From positions 62,001 through 126,000 of the forward strand of contig JALMLS010000194.1 of NCBI GenBank assembly GCA_038496445.1: DNA of 64,000 nucleotides, given 5' to 3'. Under the pieces are notes generated by a model, which worked only from the letters and a program-made list of their open reading frames with translations, searched no databases and was not told the origin of the DNA. Shown one piece after another: positions 53,079 through 64,000 of this stretch. Both the position numbers and the translations under genes were made by a program. Position 1 is the stretch's first letter; each line of letters begins with the position of its first letter. Source of the stretch: Trichosphaerium sp. ATCC 40318 (Eukaryota; Protista; Tubulinea).

Positions 53079-53717
53079 CCTATTTTGGAAAAAACTTAGG
53101 TAAAGGTACTTCCGGTTTTAGTTTTTATTTGGGGTACTTTTGTTTTGATATGCGGTTATTAATTGTTGCCCTTTCAACTCTTTCAATGTTTTTTAGATTG
53201 TTTGAAAGAACAAGGTCTAGTTGTTCTGAGATGCTTGTGTTTATTGTGTCAACGACATCCTCAAGCCGGTTTATGAATTTGGGATATATGGAGGTTACTT
53301 TACCAAAGGATTTGGTATGGTGCTTAGAATAATACAATATAACTTGTTCTAATGAAACAGGGCTGAAATTCATGCTTTCCTTTTGTTTGGACGAATATTT
53401 TGAACAAAAACTATACGCGACTTTTCACGTGCGTTAAACTATGCTCAGTGTTCACGTGCTAAGTCAATTCTAGGGAAATCTGAAGGGTATGTAGCAGAAC
53501 TAAGGTAATTTGCAAAAAAAAAAATTACACGTGCGCATATCGTAATCACAGACAACTTATTAAAAACGTGCGCGTCAGCAGTGTATTATTACAAAATCAT
53601 AGCCGCACAAACAGTTTTTTTCAGTTTTTTTTGGTTTTGGCTTAAGTTTCATTTCTTTTTGTTCTTTTTGCGTACAAGTTGGTTGGCAATAACGCACGAT
53701 CATAAAAAGACCTTGTC

Positions 53718-55558
53718 ATGTTATTTCGCGTCACTAACAGATGCGGTAGCAAAATATACGCTACAAAATCTAATTTACGTAAAGGTTAGTGTATTCCGAG
53801 TCGATTCTGAAGCTTTTAATCGTGTGAAATCAGAAAAGCGTCAAAAAACAGATAAAAATGTTTTAGTACCGCTTTACACGCTTTACACAGTATTATTAAG
53901 CGAACTGGCCACTAATTGGAAATAGAAACACGAGTGGCACAACCAGTACGCTCAATATGGGGTTGGGGAGCGAAATCTAGCCAAAGCGACGTAGTATCGA
54001 AAAACAGAAAGACTCTAGACAGCATACAACAAGAACTTGGTTTAAATAAACCAGAGGACTGGTATAATGTTACCGAAGAGGATGTAGTACTCCACGGTGG
54101 TGTACGCGTTTTGAAAGCGTACGTTCTGACTCTGCAGCGTCAATACTCTTTTAAGCGCCACTGACACGTAACGTAGTAACGAGGGGTCTCTATCAAGGGC
54201 TTTGGCAGCAGAATATCCTGAAACAAAATGGGACAGACTAAAATTCAGGTACACAAGCGCTTTAGAGCTTCATCACAATGTAGTCGTCGTTTTAACGCTT
54301 TGAACAGTAAATCTCTGAGGTTACATTATCAAAACATCAACACTCAGCGTAAAGTATTCGACGCTATTGGCAAAGAGCTTGGCATAGAGAACGTTGACGA
54401 ATGGGATGCAGTTGGCGAAAAAGATTTTAAAAACGCAGGAGGTTTGCGTATACTTGGTCTGTACGCATAGAAGTAACTAGAGGAGGTCAGCTCTTCCGTT
54501 TTTAACAGAAACCAAGCGTATCTTGAATCTTCATCCTAATTCCATTCGTTACCCCTCTATTCGTGTCTTACATCTTCTGTTAGCTATGGAGGGTCAATGC
54601 AAAAGGCACTAGAACGCGTTTACTCCAGATCTGCAACAGCCGCTAAAAAAAAGAAGTGCGTCTCAATTGCAACCCCCTTTATTGACAAGTGGATTGATTA
54701 TATATTGATTGGTTTGATCCTTAGGCAAGGAAGTGTTAGACACTCTAAGAAACAACAAACTCTATCAATTCTTGAACAAAGAAAGATTGTCTCGTTTCTA
54801 GGAGAGCGTCTTAAAGTCCAACATCCTCAAGATTGGTATGAGATACACTTCTTGGAATTGTACAAGCTCCTACCACCAAAGGAGAGAAAGGTTTTACTCA
54901 GACCGTACGCACCTGGAATTTATTTAACCAGGTTCTAAGGCAATTTATTGACAAGATTGTGATTAGGTATGGCGGAGTGTTTTTTGAGCTGTTGAAAGCA
55001 ACAATTCCAAATTTCCCTTGGAAAAAAGAAGACTTTGAGTACGTTCCTTCATGACACACTCTTTATTTCCCCTTTGACTGATCATATCGCCTTTAGTGAT
55101 GTATGTATGGTAAATGCAGAAGATGGTACGCCTTTTTAACCAAAAGCTAGAAATGCATTGTATCTTCAAGTCTTCTAACTAAAAAATCACGTGTCAGTTT
55201 TTTTTATTGACTTGTTTTATGTTTAGAGTTATCTCGCCTTGATCATAAAACTGGTAGTATTAATTACCACACAACCTTGACAAAGCAAGGTGCTATTTCA
55301 AAGAAGCATTGTACCATTTTGGGTATTGATGAGAGAGCAACTGTTAAGCAGATAAAGCAAGCATACAAAGAAAAAATTAAAATATGGCATCCGGGTATGA
55401 ATGGCCGTCAAGTGCATTCTGTATCTTTGTGTGCTAACAATTGTTTAGATAAGGCCAAACCAGATCAAAAAGAGTATGCAGATGGAGTATTTAAGGAAAT
55501 CACTGCAGCTTATGAGCAATTAATGTCAACAAGAGATCCAAAAGCAGAAAAAAGCTAA
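53718..55558 (+). CDS. WY..GG..YP..W-repeat protein with basic N-terminus and C-terminal DnaJ domain (multi-exon)
   Basis: MLFRVTNRCGSKIYATKSNLRK; repeats EDWYNVTEEDVVLHGG..AEYPETKW; J domain ILGIDERATVKQIKQAYKEKIKIWHP|DK...FKEITAAYEQL. Confidence 0.7.
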
Positions 55559-55897
55559 ACACCCAACGTTTTTGTAACATGGATGCTTCATTAAAATTTG
55601 TATAAAATGATGTAACCATATAAGAATTTTACGTGTGCTGCGGCTTGCACCATTTCGCTTGCTGAAATAACGTTATTGCAATTATTGTGGTATAATAACC
55701 AGTCTTCGCTGATAAGCAAAACAGTTTGTGCCTGTTGTGCTTGCAAAACAACAACACAATGAAATGTAGATATAAAACGCAGAAAGTACAAACAAATGTG
55801 TGTAAGTGAGTAAGAGTGCCAACAGAAACAGGTGTGAAAGCAATGTATATTATACAGAATTGGTGGAAGTAATTTGCTTTAACAGGACATCTAATAA

Positions 55898-55970
55898 GCC
55901 AATGTAGCTCAGTCGGTAGAGCGTTAGCCTTTTAAGCTAATGGTCGCGGGTTCGAGCCCCGTCATTGGCT
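55898..55970 (+). tRNA. tRNA-Lys(TTT)
   Basis: Cloverleaf GCCAATG/CATTGGC, anticodon arm TTAGC-CTTTTAA-GCTAA, GGTTCGAGCCC T-arm, oligo-T terminator. Confidence 0.95.
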
Positions 55971-56448
55971 AGTTTTTGCTATACCGCTCTACCGTCCGAG
56001 CGTTTTGCCATTTTGCACTTTGTGGAGTTTATTTCCCTTTTAGTAGTCATTACGGAACTCAGATCTAATTTTTTGAACAGGTCTTGGCTTGCTGTTACCA
56101 TAAAGCTTGAGAGGTTGTACAAAACCCATTTCGTTAACCTGCTAGGACGAACAAGAACAAACGTGGATTGTTGCATTTTACGCTCTCCAGATTTGTGACT
56201 TTCTGTTCTTATGGCCATGTTAAGTACTGCATAAGGATACACTAATGGTATAGCTTGCAGCGTCTCGAAATCAGCCTTAGCGCTAGCATAAAATAGCGTT
56301 TTCAGGTCAAATCCGTTGTAATAGCAAACAAGGTGTCTGGAACACTAATACAGTTTAGATTCAATAAGCTAGTATTCATGCCAGATCTAAAATAGTGCCT
56401 TCGCAACAATAGCAAAACGCTCAGAGGTAGAGCGGTAGAGCAAAAACT

Positions 56449-56521
56449 AGCCAATGACGGGGCTCGAACCCGCGACCATTAGCTTAAAAGGCTAACGCTC
56501 TACCGACTGAGCTACATTGGC
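56449..56521 (-). tRNA. tRNA-Lys(TTT), identical inverted copy
   Basis: Exact reverse complement of 55898-55970. Confidence 0.95.
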
Positions 56522-56828
56522 TTATTAGATGTCCTGTTAAAGCAAATTACTTCCACCAATTCTGTATAATATACATTGCTTTCACACCTGTTTCTGTTGG
56601 CACTCACCTTCCTCGCTTACACACATTTGTTTGTACTTTCTGCGTTTTATATCTACATTTCATTGTGTTGTTGTTTTGCAAGCACAACAGGCACAAACTG
56701 TTTGGCTGATACGCGAGACGAAAGTTTTAGTGTTTATCAGTTGTGTCGTTTATTTGTACATTCACTGTGTGCCATACAACTTTTAAAAATCACCATCAAT
56801 GGTTATTGCAATAGGGTGTAATTATACA

Positions 56829-59800
56829 TTATATGGAGTAGTCAAGTTCCATGACACTCCTTAGGTTTTGCCGGACTTCGAAACAGCCTAAAAGTAAAAC
56901 GTTAACAATTACCACAGAAATAATAATGTGCCACATGCCTGTTCCTATTGCTGTGTCTGCGCCAAACATAATGCTCGATGATGGGTGGTTCATATCATCG
57001 CGTTCACCATGGCTAAGGGGGAAATAAGTCGATGAAAAAAAACAGAAACAAGGGTAAACAAGGGTAAACAAAGAACTTACAAAGAAGCATGTGCGAAAAA
57101 CTTTGACGCCTGCTCGAAAGTAGCACGAGCGGTAGGTGATGATCTGTGTGTTATACCATGACGACTCAGAGGAACAAGTTCACCAGGGAAAGTCTATAAC
57201 AAGCATTATAAGTAAATGATTATACGCTTAAAAATGAATCAAGTCTACAAACGTCTGTAGGTATCGTACCATGTAATCACCAAGTAGTGACAAGTGACGT
57301 GGACTAACTTCAATACCGTAGTGACCGTATACATTTGTTACTTCCTCTGTAAGGACCTTTCGTGCAGCCTTTCGAAAACGTAAGTTATTTGTCCACACTA
57401 TCCAAAAAAATAAAAAACGAAATTGCTGGCGTACCTCAATACCATAGTACTCGTGGATTTTACGAATATCATTTGTGTAAATATTGGTAGTGTCTACGCC
57501 ATACTTTTCTGAAAGCGCCAATATAGCACTCAGGTTAGATCCTTCAGTTTGAACAGTAACCTAAAGCAAAAAGACGATTAAAAAAAAAAGAAGGAACAAA
57601 AGAATGTCACTCTAAACTTGCCTGTTGTGTCTCATCTGTCTTTGATGGTTGTACAACAATAGCACGTGTAACATTACGTATGCCTTTAGCGTTAAAATTC
57701 TCTGCTGTATATTTAACCAAACCAGCAAGATTTGGTAGTTTTTTATCCATCAAATACGTCTAAAAAACACTTAATTAATAAAAAACACTTCTTAACTTAA
57801 TAGACAAAGTAAGGTTACCTGTAGAGTGAACTGCCAAGAACGAGAACTTTCACGCCATTTGGAACTTGTCACTGTGACTTTCTTAATCTTTACAGTCTGC
57901 AACAAAGACGTCAGAAATGGATTTGAAATTGATTTTGAAAAAAAGACGTACCGTCGCAGGCTTCTTTTTCTTGGCCTTGCCAGGTGCTTCATCGTTCATA
58001 TCAATATCAACTGGTTCTTCAGGAGCTTCGGAAGCTTCATCCGCTTCGAAATCAGCATTATTTTTTGCTTCATCAGCATCATCGCTAAAGCTTGGTTCGT
58101 CTTCTTCTACTGCATCTGTCATATTCACATCCACGTCCTGATAGCAATATGTCAATTATAGGATATTTTCTTACATGTACTAGTACCGAATCATCTAATT
58201 CATGAGCGTTGAAAGAGTTAGCAGCAGACTCCCTCGTAGTGACAACTTTATCTAACTTTGCCATCGTATTTTTTTGTATAAAATCATCAATGTATGTCAA
58301 CAATGAGGTAATATAATGGCCACGTTGCGCTCTAGCCCTTAATCCTTGAGCAACAAGTCGGATTTGTTTCCATGTTAAGTATTTTTTGTAATCTACAAGA
58401 CGTTAGCGCTGTGAATTGTGCTGAGAAAACTAAGAGTTACCTTTAACGAATGTAATGTCAACCTTGTATACACGGTGAGGTCGTTTTACACTATAGGAAA
58501 TAGCAATCTTCTGAATGAGTTGACCCATTGTGATTGGGTTAATAGCATTAGCAAGTGCTTTGGCCATTCTTGTGCCACTAAAAAGAGTTGTAAGATAATG
58601 GGTTTTTAAGGATTAAAGGTACATTTTGCCCTTTAGTTTCATTGGGATCCTCATCATTGTTACTTTTGTTGTACAGTTACGAATGATCTCATTAAGACGA
58701 GGTACACCAAGGGTTACGTTAACTCCTCCTTTACCGGCAAGATGGAAAGTGTTCAACGTCATTTGTGTTGAAGGCTCACCAAGAGACTAAAAAAAAATAG
58801 ACAGATTAGATTCGTTATCAACACTCAATGCAATTGAGGTACCTGCGCACAAAGGACACCAACAGACTCTCCAGGTTGTACTACACTTGTAATATATTTC
58901 AAATACATAGCTAGAGTAAACCTAAGTGCAAAAAAAATGTGAGATCATGAAAGTAAAGCAACAGTTTTCGACTTACTTTTTAACAGTTGGTTTGGCTGTT
59001 GTTGCCAAAACATTGCTCTTATCAAAATCAGCAAACTTTTGTTTGTTTTCCTAGATACGTTTACGAGTAAGCAACAGCACCAGACACTCTAAAATAATCA
59101 AAACGTTTTTTCTATTGCATACCGTAGTAAACTTTGTTAGAGCATCTCTGTATGTTTTAGAAGTAGATGCGAAATATTGACCAGGAGGATACCTCGACAG
59201 CATTGGATCTTTTCTAGAGTGTTTAGGTGCTCCGTAAAGTTCCATTACTGCTTCAGAAGGAGGCCATGATTCTCTAGCCTTTGTAATACGTGCTTTCCAC
59301 TTGGCTTGACGTCTCTTGATCGTGTCGCTGTACTGTTTCTCGTATTTTGTAGCCATTTTCAAGGTACCATTCTTCAAGTACTTGATAACCTTGTTCCAAC
59401 CACAAGAGTGTGCCACTTGGTCCAAATTGTTGTAATGGAAGTTGAAATTTGTTAACATGTGACTCTTCGTTACATCAATACCATCCTCGCCATACATGAA
59501 CTGAATAACTGTTCCGTCATGACTACGAATAGTGTTATCGTATCCAACCTGAAAAAGTACGGTTAGACGCAAAATAAAGCCAAAAAAAGAAGCCAACGAT
59601 TGAAATCAAATGATGGGAAAATGTGCTTACAACAAGATCCTCTAGATGCTTTACAATACAACGTTGTAAATATCCAGATGTAGCTGTCTTTAAGGCAGTA
59701 TCTAATAAACCTTCACGACCAGCCATAAGATGGAAAAAGTACTCAGGAGGTCGAAGACCTAAAAAAATATTACAAACAACCTTCTCGACACAATTGTTGT

Positions 59801-62800
59801 GAAAACAAGACGTACCTGTTAAAAATCTGTCCATGACATAACCTGAAGTTCTCGGCGTAGGATCATATGGTTCAAAACAAGGCTACGAAAAAAATAAGAA
59901 TGGAAATGTGGAAGATGAAAAGCTTCGAAGAAAGAGCTGATTCCATCGCTTACCAGAGTTCTTCCTGTTAACATTCTTGGTGTACGTCTTCCTTCAAGTT
60001 CTTGTTGACCAAGCATACAAGAAATTTGAGAGAAATTAACTTGAGAACCTTTAGCGCCAGTGATTGTCATCAAAGACAATTTGTTTTTTGGAAATCTTTT
60101 TACCTGAAAAAAAAAAATTGAATCAGTGAAATGGTTTACGGTAAAACATCTCAGAAAAATAAAAACAGTTTTCCTTGTTTTCTTACTTGTCCACCTGGTA
60201 AACAACTCTTAATTAACGTTGATGTCCGTGTACTGAGTTGACCAATCATGTAGGAATCCCATTTATCCGACTCATGTTTGTCATACAATAAATGTTGTAA
60301 TTTCGCCATGATACGCTCTCGCTTATCCAAAAGAGCATCAGTTACTTCTTCATCTGGTCCAATAATGCCAGTAAACTTTCCAGCGCTCAGTAAAGCGTTT
60401 GCTCTATCATTAGACACCTCAAGGATCTTATTACGAGCATTTTCAGTCTAGAAACAGAAAAGTTATTACATTGAACTTTTAAAAACAATTTCAAGTTTGT
60501 GTGGTCTGAAGTAGTACCTCATCAGTAAGCAACAGGTCGTCCATACCACAAGTGTGGCCAGCAAATTGCATATAAGCTGTAAATAGACGTCCCAAAACAG
60601 TCAATAGATCACCAGCAATTTCAGCACCGTACAATTCATATACTGCGTGAACAATACCTAAAGTCCATTAGATTACCTGTACGTGCTTTTCTGCTTTGAG
60701 TTATAAGCGTACCATCTGGTTTTCCCATTTGAGACTTTGCCAATACACCAAGAAGCAACTCGCCTTCACGAATCACAACCTTACCTTCCATAGAATCTAA
60801 AGTAGAAAACAAACATGAGACAAACGGCAAGAATATGACTCATTTAATTATTGTACCTTTTCCCCACATTCCTTCTGGAACCTTACACTTAGAATCCAAA
60901 TGAAGAGGAACTTGTCCCAAGGTTAAGTGCCTAAAAAATTAATCCATTAATAAAAACAACTCAGAACAAGGTCAGAAATGGTATAGGTACCTGAGAATAG
61001 CAGAAATAAGCTGTTTTCCTGTCCACAACACTTGAGGTTTAAGAATAGTAGGATGACCAAGCTCAATGCGGTTAATATCGTCAGAGTGCTGGAAAAGACA
61101 AGCGTATAGCAATTGATGACACATCTCTTGTGTCAAAAAAGTGTCGCGCTTTGTTAGAAGAACAGAAGCTACCACGTGATCTTGGATTAACCCACGGATA
61201 GGCGTACCATCCTATTGAAATTAATACAACAGCAAAAGACGATTCCTTGTTTTACCTTTGGCACAATATATTGGCGATCAGCTACTGCCAATAGTTTAGC
61301 CTCTGTTTGACTGAGTACATCCTTGATTTAATAATTTAGTATAGAGTAATAAAAAGAGTCAAAGTTGAGTGTACTTGAGGAAAGTGAATATTCATTTCGT
61401 CACCATCAAAATCAGCATTGTAAGCATTACAATTCGCGTAATGGAGACGGAGTACAGTATCGTTTTTGAGAATGTACGCCTTATGTGCCATGATACTCGG
61501 TCTGTGAAGTGTTGGTTGCCTGTTTACAAGGAGCATATCTCCTGGTAAGAGATGCCGAAGTACTTGTTTACAAACATCTTCACCAGCTGCGAAGAAAGAG
61601 TTAATCTAAAGAAAAAAATAAGAAAGTTGATATGTACCTGAATTCTTTCCAGGAAGGAGAAGTGTAGCAGCTTGTGTTTTACAATTCTTCTCATCTATAC
61701 GAAGTCTCTTTTTACCATCGAAAATATGTGTTGCACCAGGGTATACATCAGGACCGTTACGGACCATTTGACGAAGTTTCTTCAAGTTGAATTGATTAAC
61801 ACTTTCCGGAAAAGTCAATGTTTTTGCAAACACTTCCGGAACCTTTTTAACTCGTTAGATCTACCAAAACTGACAATATTTCGTTATAACGTACACCAAT
61901 TTCATTCTGTGCGATATATGGATCACAAGAAATGACAGTTCGTCCTGTAAAGTTGCAACGTTTGCCCATAAAATTTTTTCTGATCAATCCATGTTTTTTA
62001 TCCAAGATTTGAATGATACCAGTGTTATTGCCATCATCATCAAGTAAATTATTTACACGGTCTTGCAGCGTCGTCCAAGCAGACAGAGGATCTTCATCCT
62101 ACAATCATATATTAGTTTGAGAGGCAACCAAAAAAGATAAGATTCCGTACCTTTATAGCTGTAAAATTTTCAATTGCTGTAAGAACACCTTCGTAGTTCT
62201 TTGTTGTTCCATGAGAACTAAACATACCACCGACTGTAGCAGGTGGAGCAAAACGCGGAGGTAATACTGGAATATTCTTCATAATAAAGAGAGATAAAAA
62301 GGATTCCAGGGTGACTTAAAAAAAATTAATCAAAAAAAATACGATTGGGATTTTTTCTCAAAAATAAATCTAGCTGTGACACGTACAAACATTGAATATT
62401 GGCATCCATAATTCTTTAGAAATATACCAAACGCACTTGAGGTACGCTTCAAGTTCTCCAGTATGAACAAACCTCTGCTTGGCAGCACGATTTTCTGAGG
62501 GAGAAAATAAGCGTGTTTTCACAGAAGTTGAAAACATTGCAATGTTTTGTATTTCTGTTTGGACGTACTCTTTTGTACTTGATCCTTCTCCAAGTTTGTT
62601 AATGTTTTATAATCTCTACCACCAGTCGAAGTTTTTTGACCAAAAAGCCATTTTGCAACAGCATCAATAGGTTCAGAAAATGTTTCTTGAGCATCATCCG
62701 GATTAAAGCTTTTTGTTTCTCCATCATTCTTTTTCTTTGATCTCTTTGACGCTGGACGTGACTCCTAGATAAGTATTTAATACCTTAATCCATAACGACA

Positions 62801-64000
62801 CAATGTGGAAGTGTTGTAAAGGCCACAATAAAAATAATTTGGTGGTAAGAGAATTTTTAGGAGAACTTACCGATACAAGTGTTGCTAAATCATATTCTCC
62901 ATTTAATATATGACTATAACTGACAAGTGGATATGTAATACCATCAGCGAGCATAAGATCTTTTTCTCTTCGACGAAGAGTGTCAAGCATGACAAGTCCT
63001 GTAGAAGTTGAATTTTTTTGGAATTTTAACACTTTCCTAAAACAAAACACTTAGTACTCGATGTCACAGCCATGAATATAATTAAACAGTGCGCAAATAT
63101 TCATTTTGTGAGATAAAAACGGTATTACATAGGCAAGAACACCAAAAAAGAGGAAAAGTTTTTCTAAAAAAATGAACGTACGCTCCACAATGTGGACATT
63201 TCTTTGAACGGCCAAGGTAAGCATAAAGTTTCTTTTTCAAGTAAACTAATGCATCAGATGTAGTTGCAAAATAAGGATCATTCTTTTCAGTTGCATTTGT
63301 ATTTTGAGCATGGTCAGCTAATTTCCTTATAATTTTTGTATAACTCCCCTTGTACAATTCTATAAAATCAGGAACTGTTTGTGACTGTTCACTACGTTCT
63401 GCAGCATCAGATATTTTACTAATACCAGATTGGATAGCAGCTCTAAAAACAAGTAATTAGGAGTACTCTAGTGGCGTTTCCAAGTCAATTTTTTTCGAAA
63501 CATTTTTTTTTTTTTGACACATTTCGATTTTTTTCTTATTCCCTCTTAGGGTGTACGTACTGCATTTCTTTAGGTGAGGCAATGCCAGTGTGTATTAAAT
63601 TAGCAAAATATGCATCAATGTCACCCTTCCTAGCTGCTTTTGCGATTTCGATAAATTCGCGTAACTAAACAATACAGGGTCAGATCTTTACGCTTCACTT
63701 TTAAACTTTTTTTTTTGTTGTAACGTGTTTTTGAAATAATTTTTTTTCAACAAGGAAAGAAGCGAAATTTTGGATTTTTTTGAAGGGGAAAATAGTATCA
63801 TTCCGCTTGTTTTCGTGTGTACACATAATTTTCTTGATGAGAAATGGATTTGGAGAAGATGTTTTCTCACTTGAGAAACATTGGTTAATTCGGTTTTTCG
63901 ACGTACCTCAGTCACAGACAGGCGTATTTTATGGCAATTGGTGCAACAAGCGCTCACGACTTTGAGAATGTCGCCGTAGCGTAATGCGATTGGGTTTATA
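56829..64000 (-). CDS. RPA1: RNA polymerase I largest subunit (5' end beyond window)
   Basis: [23 protein letters not shown]; [25 protein letters not shown]; [29 protein letters not shown]; [15 protein letters not shown] (Pol I-type variants). Confidence 0.93.

Larger units (their letters stand above)
55705..56718. repeat. ~300-bp inverted repeat (arms ~55705-56010 and ~56411-56718) each containing a tRNA-Lys gene
   Basis: About 180 bp of upstream flank, the tRNA and about 40 bp of downstream flank are reverse-complement matches. Confidence 0.9.

Noticed and set aside
53125-53373. 82-aa ORF upstream of the F-box/LRR gene
   Set aside because: No recognisable homology; left uncalled
1-64000. 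CRISPR arrays, operons or other prokaryotic features
   Set aside because: Spliceosomal introns, RPN1 and Pol I show a eukaryotic nuclear locus; no repeat-spacer array seen

Overview
AT-rich, intron-dense eukaryotic DNA with short GT-AG introns. Gene content (frizzled/smoothened-like GPCR, M64 peptidase, WY..GG..YP..W repeat proteins) suggests an amoebozoan-type protist; this is inference. Host genes: F-box/WD40, Fsl-like GPCR, group XII PLA2, M64 peptidase plus a decayed duplicate, a repeat+RAP-like protein, two secreted/surface proteins, RPN1, a PAM18-type J protein, alpha-carbonic anhydrase, F-box/LRR, a repeat+DnaJ protein, two inverted tRNA-Lys(TTT) genes and RNA Pol I largest subunit. 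Interleaved with these are nine copies of one gene, plus the 3' flank of a probable tenth. Each has a single ~1.05 kb exon for a 7-bladed RCC1/BLIP-II beta-propeller, spliced via phase-0 introns to a modular linker and a C-terminal SAM-like domain. The propeller framework is nearly identical at the DNA level. About 14 short loop sites (G-xx-H and WG-x-N-xx-G of each blade) are hypervariable and rich in aromatic/Arg residues. Linkers and tails are shuffled between copies, and most copies sit head-to-head just upstream of a host gene. This looks like a diversifying, antibody-like intracellular receptor repertoire. Decayed intronless MORN-variant genes (possible giant-virus relics) lie among the copies. 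Exon coordinates were inferred by eye and are approximate.
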